Of a stretch of DNA of 64,000 bases, positions 25,573 through 35,119 are shown in pieces (within the stretch, counting starts at the first letter, position 1; each line of letters opens with the position of its first letter). The position numbers and the translations under genes were made by a program. The stretch comes from a virus: IMG/VR virus record IMGVR_UViG_3300045988_162372; one strand, given 5' to 3'. The notes under the pieces are model-generated. The model was not told the DNA's origin. It saw nothing but the letters and a program-made list of their open reading frames with translations, and did not search any database.

Positions 25573-28500
25573 ACGATTTCATCCTCTGTCTTATAAACAT
25601 AATTATCTTCTTGTCTATGATTGCCTTCAACATCATTAGGAAATGCTTGAGAACAATATAATCCACTATATCCGTATGGGTCTTGACGTTTCAGAAAGAA
25701 ATTAATTTCCTTATTAATATAGAAAGCATTATTGGCAAATGGATATTGTGTCAAATCACTATCAAGCAATTCTCCTGGTCTATACAAATCTCTCCACAAG
25801 AACTTATTATGGTCTATTCTTGTTGCATAGTCTGGTATATTGTTGTTTTTTCTTCTTAGTTTCAATTGTGTATAATCTTCATTTGCTGATGGTGCTACCA
25901 ATACTTTTGACAATGTTATCCAATTATAATCTACTCCTACACTACTCTTTATTTTGTTTTTCATATCCTGCCACGACATATTATATGGCTGCATATAAAA
26001 TTTGTTTTTTCCTTCGATATAAGCAACAGTAAATTCAAACCATTTGTCATTTCTGTAATTGTTTTCATCGTCAACACAAACATATATGATATCTCCTGCA
26101 ACAACTCCGTAATTAAGTGTTGTTGTAACTTCTATGTAAATGCCGTTTTTTTGCGAAGGCTTTGCTTCCCTTACTTTTAATTCATTATGAGCATTTTGAT
26201 TCAGACTTCCAAATTCTTTCAATGTTATAGGATAATGTGCTTGATAGAAATAACCTTCTGGCCGTTGCCATGTAAATAAATTTTCCTTAGTTTCGTCATA
26301 GGTTACTTTATCTTCTTCACCTACTACATAATTCCTAACTTCCATACCATCACCTAAATCATAATCATCTCTATATATCTCTTGGTATTGGAAAGTATTA
26401 TACATATTATTATCCTTTGGCAATTCTCTTTGTGCTGTATTAAATCTATGACAAATAGGTAATAATATATGTTCTAAACATTCATTAGGATTGTATTCAA
26501 CTAAATCACCATAAAACTCATCTGCATTATATTCTCCACTATTAGGATTTACTGCTCCTTTATCTGTGATTTTAGTCTCATAAGGAATAGGCGAGAATAT
26601 TCCTAATTCATTTAAGACTGAGATGTCTCCTATTTTTCCTTTTTCCTTTTCAATGTCTATATTTCCTTTATCAGACTCTATACTTGAAAATTCAAATCCA
26701 CTCGTTAAATTCCCAAAACAATGAGAAAATTCTATTTCTTCATTAATTCTATCTATATCACCTATAACATATTGATTTAATGGCTTTTCATTTCTATTAT
26801 CATCTTTGGTAATCCCATACCACTTATCATACCCTTTGTTATTTTTTATAATTGTTACATAAAATTCATGTAATGGTCTTCCTATATTATCAACTAGATG
26901 CTCAATATCTATTGTATCTGTAAATGTAATTTGTGCAGAATTATCATTATAGATAGTTCTAGCAAAACCTAATCTATATTGTTCATTATTGAAATCAATC
27001 ATTTGCCCATTTATTGAGGCATTTGGACTTTCATTAAAATCATTTAACCCATATATATAATCTTCAAATGGTGTTGTTTCAGAATTATTATCGGGTTGAG
27101 CTTTAACTATTTCATCTGTTAAGTTTTGTCTTTTATTTTTTAAATTGGGTAATTTCCTAAAAACTCTTAGATAATAATCGCTCTCAACACCGTTTATAAC
27201 TCTCCTAAAACGGTATTCACCCTTTTCTTTTATTCTGTTATTAATGTCTGCTGTTGTTATAACACCACCTGCATCACTCCATTTGCCACTATTTGTGTCA
27301 ATTGTCAAACCCAAAACTTCTGTTAATATAATAGTGTCTGTCGTATAAAAATAAAACAATGCATTGTCATCATTATTAGATGACATATTACCTACATTGG
27401 TAACTTTAATTGTTCTTGATAAAGGTGTACCATTGATGTACAAATTTATAAAATCACCTCTTTGTAAACCGTGTTTAGCATACGATCTGAATATAATTGC
27501 ATTACTACCTGAACCATTCAGTGATTTTACAACCGACATCAATTTTAAACCGTTTGTTTTTCCATCTTCACTTGTCACAATATTGTGACAATAATCATTC
27601 TTATAAGGATATGTTAATATGACTTTCCAATTATATTCTAGACGTTTTCTAAATGTATTGATTTTAGGTTCAAACGAGAACAAACTTCTATCTGGATACA
27701 TATCAACGAATTCGCAATTTTCATAATTGTTCAATACTCTACTTATATCCAAATCATCCCATATTAATACTTTGCCGTCTGTCAAAGGCTTAGGTTTATC
27801 TGTTTTCTCTTTTGCTGATGTTGTTGAATTATTAACAAATCCAAACCACCCATTCTCTTCTGATAGATTGTTATTTATACTATCTTCAAAAGAAGATATA
27901 TCATCATAAAGATATAGATGTTTATTTAAGTCATTCTGAGGATTGGTGCTTATATTTACTCTTTTCCTGTATTTAACAACAGTACCGTCAGAATAACGCA
28001 TAAAATCTCCTATTGTATTAAATGCTAATTTAACCAGTCTATTATCTGTTTGAGTTAACGTATCATCACATAATGTATCTTGTATGCCATTATTCACCAT
28101 ACTACTTACGGTATTATTTCCTAGAAGGTTTACCATTTTAAATGATAAATTTCTTAAGATATGATTAGTAAATATATCATAACCAGGATGATAAACATAA
28201 CCTATTTTATCTCTTGAATATTCTGTATTCATTAACATTTGTCTTCTGTTTGGCTCTGTAACCCCTAAACACCCATCAGTACGTTGTGCTTTTGAATTTT
28301 CCTCATCTGTGATAACTTCTAGACAATTACTATTATTTACATCATTAATATTACTTCCTTCGTTTCGTATGATTTCAGTCAAAGTGTTGAATAACACATT
28401 AGTACAATACGGATTAATTGTGATTATTAATCTATATTTTTCACAGCTATTTCTTTCTTCTTCAAAAACCTGATAAGCATCCACTTCCCCTACCACACTT

Positions 28501-28613
28501 GGATAAGGGAGTAATTTGGATGTCTGTTGCAAATCAACACCAATAATATTATTCGTATTAATACTGTTGATTGAATCTGTATCGCCTAATCTTATTTTGT
28601 ATTTACTATCCAT
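25566..28613 (-). CDS. Large structural-module protein, 1015 aa
   Basis: Long ORF that overlaps the downstream gene by 7 nt. Confidence 0.75.
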   Translation of the reverse strand: MDSKYKIRLGDTDSINSINTNNIIGVDLQQTSKLLPYPSVVGEVDAYQVFEEERNSCEKYRLIITINPYCTNVLFNTLTEIIRNEGSNINDVNNSNCLEVITDEENSKAQRTDGCLGVTEPNRRQMLMNTEYSRDKIGYVYHPGYDIFTNHILRNLSFKMVNLLGNNTVSSMVNNGIQDTLCDDTLTQTDNRLVKLAFNTIGDFMRYSDGTVVKYRKRVNISTNPQNDLNKHLYLYDDISSFEDSINNNLSEENGWFGFVNNSTTSAKEKTDKPKPLTDGKVLIWDDLDISRVLNNYENCEFVDMYPDRSLFSFEPKINTFRKRLEYNWKVILTYPYKNDYCHNIVTSEDGKTNGLKLMSVVKSLNGSGSNAIIFRSYAKHGLQRGDFINLYINGTPLSRTIKVTNVGNMSSNNDDNALFYFYTTDTIILTEVLGLTIDTNSGKWSDAGGVITTADINNRIKEKGEYRFRRVINGVESDYYLRVFRKLPNLKNKRQNLTDEIVKAQPDNNSETTPFEDYIYGLNDFNESPNASINGQMIDFNNEQYRLGFARTIYNDNSAQITFTDTIDIEHLVDNIGRPLHEFYVTIIKNNKGYDKWYGITKDDNRNEKPLNQYVIGDIDRINEEIEFSHCFGNLTSGFEFSSIESDKGNIDIEKEKGKIGDISVLNELGIFSPIPYETKITDKGAVNPNSGEYNADEFYGDLVEYNPNECLEHILLPICHRFNTAQRELPKDNNMYNTFQYQEIYRDDYDLGDGMEVRNYVVGEEDKVTYDETKENLFTWQRPEGYFYQAHYPITLKEFGSLNQNAHNELKVREAKPSQKNGIYIEVTTTLNYGVVAGDIIYVCVDDENNYRNDKWFEFTVAYIEGKNKFYMQPYNMSWQDMKNKIKSSVGVDYNWITLSKVLVAPSANEDYTQLKLRRKNNNIPDYATRIDHNKFLWRDLYRPGELLDSDLTQYPFANNAFYINKEINFFLKRQDPYGYSGLYCSQAFPNDVEGNHRQEDNYVYKTEDEIVC

Positions 28614-28652
28614 TTTTTACACTTTGTTTAATAATAAATAAGAAATTCATTA

Positions 28653-31600
28653 TTATTCAACGACTTCTTGTATATCAATATTGTTAATTATAAAACAATT
28701 ATGTCTTAAGCCAGTATAATCAGTCGCAATGACTTGTGTTCTTTCAACAAGTATATGTGATAACAATGGATTATTTGCCATTGATACTAAAGCATCGTAT
28801 ATATTTTTGCTTATTTCTGTATATGCTATACTATCATCACCCTTTTGACTTGTAACATTAAATGTTATATTATTACCTTCTGATGCAGTACATGTAACTT
28901 CTGCACTGAAATCATAATTTTTGAAATAATACAAATTATCCATATTATTTATTTTTATTCCAAAACGATATGTAGTTACTGGTGTAGATGTATCAACTGT
29001 TACATCGACTTCAACATCGCCAGTTACGGTTTCAGTTGTTTCCTCTCCACCTTCTTCTGTTGGAGGAGTTGTTATTTCACTTGTAGAAGTTCCACTTCCT
29101 GTACCTTCACCAGTACCTGCTGTATTTACTGTGTATTTCATTAAAATAATCTGTACATCTACTCTTATAAAATCATATACTGGTGAAATACAACGGCAAT
29201 TATTTTCAGTTATTGCAATTATATAGACAGGATTATTTGGAACTGGTGTAAAACTACCAGTAGTTCCATAACCATCACTATTAATTAAGGAATTCGGATC
29301 TTCCTCACTTGGTATCTGAGAATGACAATTAGTATATTTTATATTTTCAATTAATTCTTTAGAAACTTCATAGCGCATATAATCATAATCAGTATATGTT
29401 CCTGCATTAAATTGATAATTTCCTGCATTTTCATATATTTTATTCAAGATAAACGGATGTTGATTATGATTTACAATATATATTAATTCATTACCATCAC
29501 CATTTGATACCGATACCTTTAATACTGAATTGTTATTATTTTTACAATCATTTATGGACGTATTGTTCAATATAATTCTCATATTACCATATATAGTTTC
29601 TTCTATCTGGCATCCATTATCGTCTTCAAGTGTCAATTTTGTCTGAATATTAGGAACACTTATGTATTGGGTGGTATCATTTGCTTCTTCTGATACGCCA
29701 TCATAATTTGGATATTCAGGTGGGTCTAAATGTTCTCCAATAACAACTCTTTTTGTTGGAATTGCATCTTCGTTAGGTGTTCCATCTCCATTAAGAGTAT
29801 AAGTTTCAATGATGATATTTTTATTGTTATACAGTTGTTTTACAAATTCAGCATATTCATCAGTTGATGTAGAAGCACCATTATAGATAATACCTGTAAT
29901 GAAACCATTCATATTTATTGATTGCCCGACCTTATCTGCTTCATCTGGTTTATAATAAGGTATGTCGTTTATATATGACCATGACATCATATTAAATCTA
30001 AACGATTTATCAATAATATGGAAACCAAAGTAATTTACAACACTACCTTCTAATCTCCATTCATTATTACCGTTTTCTCCAACTCCATCAGGTGCAACAT
30101 TTGACGGTTTTGTTTTTCCTTTGCCATTAATTATGGCAACAAAATATGGGTGTTTATATTCACCATCACCAGAACAACCTATTCTTTGATTTGCTGTTAC
30201 GTCTTTGGCATAGCATATATCTCCTTCAATTATTCTGTCTGAAGCAAAATCAGTATTATCTATATTAGTAATAGTAGGGATACCAATATCATTTATTGTT
30301 GAATCATCAGTTATATTGCTACTGCAAGAAGAAATAACATTCATATTATCATCATTCTCACTTGTCATTTCCTCTTTATAAACAATTTTTGTTGAAACTG
30401 GATAATCATCCGTCTGTGCTTGTATAGTAATACTCTTCTTATCAGTAGGACAATTGATATAGAATGTTTCTTTCATTGCAGATATAAATGCATCCTTTGC
30501 TGCTTGAAGTGCTTCCTCTGCACTATTATATCCATCAAAACCATTTTCTTCATAAAATGCTAAAGTATATCTTTCATTTGCATCCCAATTATAATTACTT
30601 TCATCACTAATATGCAACCATGCGTCACTGATATTCCCATTGTAAGTAACACTATAATTAGAAGTGTCACCGTTTATAGTCCAACCAGTATCACTAAATT
30701 TATCTTTAATAACATCGTAGTCGATAACCGAACCAATAAACATTTTAAATGGTATAGGTTCATTAACGGTTACATCTTGATATATGGTGTTATTGCTCTC
30801 AGTAAAATTACCATCTTCATTACATAATTGTGTTACAGTCACTCTGTAATCAATATCCCCTCTTGGAACGCCAAATGCAAAATATTGGTTTCCTCCATTA
30901 TAAGTCATTCCATTATACTTAATACTATTTTGCCAATTTCCACATGTTCTATATACTTCATCATCATCTTCAATATTGTCATCTGGTATTATACTTCCAT
31001 TTTCATCAAAATATATATGGTTTTCATAAGCAAAACTTTCATCTACCGAAACAATATCAATCCTAAATGCATATTTCTTATACATTGGCTCATTATTGTA
31101 ATACAAATCATATACACCTATTATACCTCCAATTTCCCTATACGGTATATTTGGATTATCTGGTGTAGGTTCTTGAAATGGCGCGGTTTTATCAAGTATA
31201 TCCGTATTTCCACTTTCGTCACTTTGTGTATTAAGATTTACATCGGTCATTCTATATGTTGCGATAGTACAATCATCACCTATTTCATCAGATAATACAT
31301 TATTTGGCTCGTTAAAATCTTCGACATATGTTGAAAAACTTAAATATTTACTATTCATTGATATTGTGCTTTCTGTGACATTCCCTTCTGCATCAGTTAT
31401 TGTAATGTTATATGTATTATTCGTGAGTACTATAGTATGGTCATCTATACGTTCATAACCTATAAAATTTTCATCATTTTCACGTTCGTCAACATACATG
31501 CTATTATATATACATATTTTTTCACTATTTATGTCATTTATCTGATAATTCAGACTAGTATCATAAGGGCTATATAATTCTAATGTATAAGGAGTTGATA

Positions 31601-34600
31601 TGCCTGTTAAATCTAATTTAATATATCCGTCCCAATCTTCTTCTTCATCAGTACACCAAGAATTTGCCATAACCTCATTATCTATCATCAGTTCTTCTCC
31701 TGTTGTATTCTCACAATTACTGAAGAATTGGCTGTTAAATTTTTCAATAGCAGTTTTGCCTGATTTTAAGCCAAAATAAAAGTAAAATGAATTTTCATAA
31801 CGTGGTAATCTTCCATTATTGTCATAATAGAAAGGAACATCACCCATTCTAAATATATAATAATCACGACTAAAACTTTCCAAGTTGTAATTGTAACGAT
31901 AAGTTTTATCACAACCACTACTTTGTCTTTGTCTCATTGATTCATACAAAGAACCGTCAAAATTTTCAGGATATAAATATCTTAAATCGTATTCATACAG
32001 ACCATTCTTATTATTAAGTCTTGTTCTCAGATTATTGCTATTTAATGTAGCAAACATACTTCTTTCATCAAGGTTATACAACTCATCATAAGATATAAAC
32101 CCATCTGGTATTAACAAACTTTCTGAATAGTCATTATTGTCACCACTTTCTAGTTTTGCCAAATCCTCTATGTATTTTGTTTCATCAAGCGATACTCCAA
32201 ACTCACATATTCTCATCAAGTTAATACAAGATTTAGGCATTAATTCAATGGTTGAACATCCAATACCATAGAATAATCCTCCATCTGGTCTATCACATTC
32301 ATCTGTTTTATTAACATTACCCCAATCTCTACCAGTCATTTCTGTATGAGAACTATAATCAACTACATATGAACCATTTTCATCTATTGAAGTGCTTACT
32401 TCATTATCTGTAAATAAGATGGCTTCTGGAAGTTTATATGTAGTCCCATCCAAATTCTTAAAGAATTGAGGGATACCATTCATATCACAATCATTTAAAC
32501 TACCTAATAAAACAATATCCGTAGCAAATAGTAAAACTACGTCACCTTGATTATTATTCAATGAAGGTAAATATTGCAATGCCTTATAATAATACACTGT
32601 TTGTCCATACATATTTTCACGAGTAAGAACTACTCCATAATCGACGTTTTGTGATTGTTTTGATTCATGACAATCATCTCCACATCCAGGATTAGAACCT
32701 ACTTTCATTGGCGTTATATTAGCTGTTGTACTATTAAAACTTGCATATTTTGCATCATTCATTCTTTCTCTGTTCAATGCACAGAATTGCCATATATTAA
32801 GGTTTCCAAACTGTCTATCGGCACTGCACCATTCATCCTTTGCCTTACGACTAAATAACCCAAATAAAAATGATTTCTTAGGTGTTATTTTTCTATACCA
32901 TAATGGCGCATATAATGTGCCATTTACCCAGTCATTTTCAAAATTAAAGTTTACACAATCATTCTCTTGTGCAAGGCTTGTTTCGATACATGTCATAAGT
33001 GTACTTTCTGCAATAGAGCCAAGACTAGAACATTCTGCCATCGTCTGCTCTTCTACAGGTAAATTCATATTTTCTTTGTTATGTTCTTCTGTACTTAAAT
33101 CACATACACATCCTGTACATCCAGGGTAATAAGTTTTCTTATTAACCCCATCATCGCAAAATTCTGAGCTTAATTTAATACATTTAGGGATTGCCTTTTT
33201 CAAGAAGCCAAATGGACATACCTTGAATTTCCATATACCTATACAAAGTTCTGACAACCAGCAAGGTATTAAGCCTATGATACTAAAAATAGTATTAATG
33301 AAACCAATGATATATATAATAACCTTAGTTATTACACATATCAAACGGTATGTAAATGACAATTTAATACTTACATTAGTATATGGGAACGGGTTGTTAT
33401 CGCCATAATAATTAATAGCTTTTACACCTGTATGCTTTCTATTTGTTTCTTTACTGTTTTTCTGTAATCTTGGGATATAACTTTTAACTGTATATACTTT
33501 ATTCCAAAATAAATCTTTATATGATTCCTCTCTCGTTAAACTGCCAAACTCATAATCCACTTCCTTTGTTTTATAAAACATAGGAAAATCCTGCTCATTA
33601 TTCCTTGGATTATTCGGAACTAAAAATCTGCATCTTTTTCTTGCTTCTGCATCATTAGGTGTTTCATCAAGACTAATCCTAAACCTAACTCTTGTTCTTG
33701 TAGGAATACCTCTATTCGGGTCATCTGTAGGAACAATGTTCCCATATTCGTCTGTTCTTACATAATCCAAATTCATAGGTATTTGATAACACCATATTCC
33801 ATCCCCATCTATAAGTCTGTTACCTTTGATTTGAAATTCCTCTACCTTACCATCAAGTGTTTTTCTAATCATTTCGATAGAGCCTTCTCCTGCCGCCATA
33901 TTTTCCATGCGGCCACAACCTTCCGTTGCTGCACAGCTTTTTCCTATAGCATTAGCGCCAGTGTCTGTTATAATAGAACCCATAAAAATGCAAGTAGGTT
34001 CAAACTTATATTCTAATTGGATGTCACATCTTGTAATTGCAATTGTTTCTTCTGTATTTGAAGTATCACCCCAATAAGGATATACATATACACCCTTATT
34101 TTGTGAAAATATTTGTGATAACGAATCAAGATTTTGAGATTGTCTAAATTTATTAGGACTTTCAAAAAGCTCTGCATTATAACCCTTATATATCATATCA
34201 CGGGGTCTTTGACTTAGAACCCCAATATCCGACAAATCCACATCTACATGTAATTGTTGATCTCCTGTCGGAATACCAAACAACATATAATCACCTGCTT
34301 CATTTGTAACAGTTGTATATTTCCAATATTTATCAAATATCTCTATAATATCATTGTTATCCAATACAAGTCGCTTATTAGGAAAAGTACCTACATTCTG
34401 ATAACAAGCACTTATTTGCTCATCTGGTAATAAATTGTATCTTACACCATTTGCATCAGCATCTCTTATTGAAGTAAATGGGTATATTCCCTTTGCTACA
34501 ATACTTTCAGCATCATCTACTTCAATAAAGATTGAAACTTTTGCATTGGGTATTCCAAATGCGTCATTTGCTAAAACACGTCCTACAACAATGCCGTATG

Positions 34601-34754
34601 ACGATTCATAAAAATTATATGTATTGGTTTGATTTAATTTTAAACTTAACACCTCTAACATATCGTAAGTCTGCTGTAATTTAACATTTAATACATTAGG
34701 TGCATCTGAACCAATACCAGTATGTATTCTATAAGTGCTAATATTATCTTGCAT
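28653..34754 (-). CDS. Giant virion protein, 2033 aa, baseplate/fibre module
   Basis: An N-terminal carboxypeptidase-regulatory-like motif is present (GRVLANDAFGIPNAKVSIFIE). An internal hydrophobic segment at aa 466-508 is followed by a Cys cluster. A Thr/Gly/Glu-rich linker lies near the C-terminus. Confidence 0.8.
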   Translation of the reverse strand: MQDNISTYRIHTGIGSDAPNVLNVKLQQTYDMLEVLSLKLNQTNTYNFYESSYGIVVGRVLANDAFGIPNAKVSIFIEVDDAESIVAKGIYPFTSIRDADANGVRYNLLPDEQISACYQNVGTFPNKRLVLDNNDIIEIFDKYWKYTTVTNEAGDYMLFGIPTGDQQLHVDVDLSDIGVLSQRPRDMIYKGYNAELFESPNKFRQSQNLDSLSQIFSQNKGVYVYPYWGDTSNTEETIAITRCDIQLEYKFEPTCIFMGSIITDTGANAIGKSCAATEGCGRMENMAAGEGSIEMIRKTLDGKVEEFQIKGNRLIDGDGIWCYQIPMNLDYVRTDEYGNIVPTDDPNRGIPTRTRVRFRISLDETPNDAEARKRCRFLVPNNPRNNEQDFPMFYKTKEVDYEFGSLTREESYKDLFWNKVYTVKSYIPRLQKNSKETNRKHTGVKAINYYGDNNPFPYTNVSIKLSFTYRLICVITKVIIYIIGFINTIFSIIGLIPCWLSELCIGIWKFKVCPFGFLKKAIPKCIKLSSEFCDDGVNKKTYYPGCTGCVCDLSTEEHNKENMNLPVEEQTMAECSSLGSIAESTLMTCIETSLAQENDCVNFNFENDWVNGTLYAPLWYRKITPKKSFLFGLFSRKAKDEWCSADRQFGNLNIWQFCALNRERMNDAKYASFNSTTANITPMKVGSNPGCGDDCHESKQSQNVDYGVVLTRENMYGQTVYYYKALQYLPSLNNNQGDVVLLFATDIVLLGSLNDCDMNGIPQFFKNLDGTTYKLPEAILFTDNEVSTSIDENGSYVVDYSSHTEMTGRDWGNVNKTDECDRPDGGLFYGIGCSTIELMPKSCINLMRICEFGVSLDETKYIEDLAKLESGDNNDYSESLLIPDGFISYDELYNLDERSMFATLNSNNLRTRLNNKNGLYEYDLRYLYPENFDGSLYESMRQRQSSGCDKTYRYNYNLESFSRDYYIFRMGDVPFYYDNNGRLPRYENSFYFYFGLKSGKTAIEKFNSQFFSNCENTTGEELMIDNEVMANSWCTDEEEDWDGYIKLDLTGISTPYTLELYSPYDTSLNYQINDINSEKICIYNSMYVDERENDENFIGYERIDDHTIVLTNNTYNITITDAEGNVTESTISMNSKYLSFSTYVEDFNEPNNVLSDEIGDDCTIATYRMTDVNLNTQSDESGNTDILDKTAPFQEPTPDNPNIPYREIGGIIGVYDLYYNNEPMYKKYAFRIDIVSVDESFAYENHIYFDENGSIIPDDNIEDDDEVYRTCGNWQNSIKYNGMTYNGGNQYFAFGVPRGDIDYRVTVTQLCNEDGNFTESNNTIYQDVTVNEPIPFKMFIGSVIDYDVIKDKFSDTGWTINGDTSNYSVTYNGNISDAWLHISDESNYNWDANERYTLAFYEENGFDGYNSAEEALQAAKDAFISAMKETFYINCPTDKKSITIQAQTDDYPVSTKIVYKEEMTSENDDNMNVISSCSSNITDDSTINDIGIPTITNIDNTDFASDRIIEGDICYAKDVTANQRIGCSGDGEYKHPYFVAIINGKGKTKPSNVAPDGVGENGNNEWRLEGSVVNYFGFHIIDKSFRFNMMSWSYINDIPYYKPDEADKVGQSINMNGFITGIIYNGASTSTDEYAEFVKQLYNNKNIIIETYTLNGDGTPNEDAIPTKRVVIGEHLDPPEYPNYDGVSEEANDTTQYISVPNIQTKLTLEDDNGCQIEETIYGNMRIILNNTSINDCKNNNNSVLKVSVSNGDGNELIYIVNHNQHPFILNKIYENAGNYQFNAGTYTDYDYMRYEVSKELIENIKYTNCHSQIPSEEDPNSLINSDGYGTTGSFTPVPNNPVYIIAITENNCRCISPVYDFIRVDVQIILMKYTVNTAGTGEGTGSGTSTSEITTPPTEEGGEETTETVTGDVEVDVTVDTSTPVTTYRFGIKINNMDNLYYFKNYDFSAEVTCTASEGNNITFNVTSQKGDDSIAYTEISKNIYDALVSMANNPLLSHILVERTQVIATDYTGLRHNCFIINNIDIQEVVE

Positions 34755-35022
34755 CTTTCTTTTTGAAAATTTTCTTTGGATTTCTTATTCTAACAGACGG
34801 CTCTTTTCCTAAAATTATACACGCAATGATGTAAATTATGAGAGGAATTATAACAACTATAAATACACAAATGGTAATAATCCCAAAAATGAATTGGCTT
34901 ATCCATCCTGCAACAGAATTAACAATTCCTTGATTTAATTCGTTTTCTTCTTGTTCCAATTCTTCCTTGTTATCAGATATGCCCTTTAACTGGTTATATC
35001 TTTTCTTGCAATTACATCCCAT
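34744..35022 (-). CDS. Small membrane protein, 92 aa, inside the baseplate operon
   Basis: It starts MGCNCKK and has a long hydrophobic stretch (ISQFIFGIITICVFIVVIIPLIIYIIACIIL). It overlaps the giant gene start by 11 nt. Confidence 0.6.
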   Translation of the reverse strand: MGCNCKKRYNQLKGISDNKEELEQEENELNQGIVNSVAGWISQFIFGIITICVFIVVIIPLIIYIIACIILGKEPSVRIRNPKKIFKKKDAR

Positions 35023-35059
35023 ATTTATAAATTTTATATGAATACTTTATTATAAATAA

Positions 35060-35093
35060 AATGACTATCTCTTTCCTTATAAAGATAGTCATT
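35060..35093 (-). terminator. Rho-independent terminator after the Baseplate_J-like gene
   Basis: The stem is a perfect 11 bp (AATGACTATCT/AGATAGTCATT) with a 12-nt loop. On the minus strand it is followed by TTATTTATAAT. It lies 27 nt after the stop at 35120. Confidence 0.6.
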
Positions 35094-35119
35094 CCCATAT
35101 ATTTTATCAATATTTTCTT

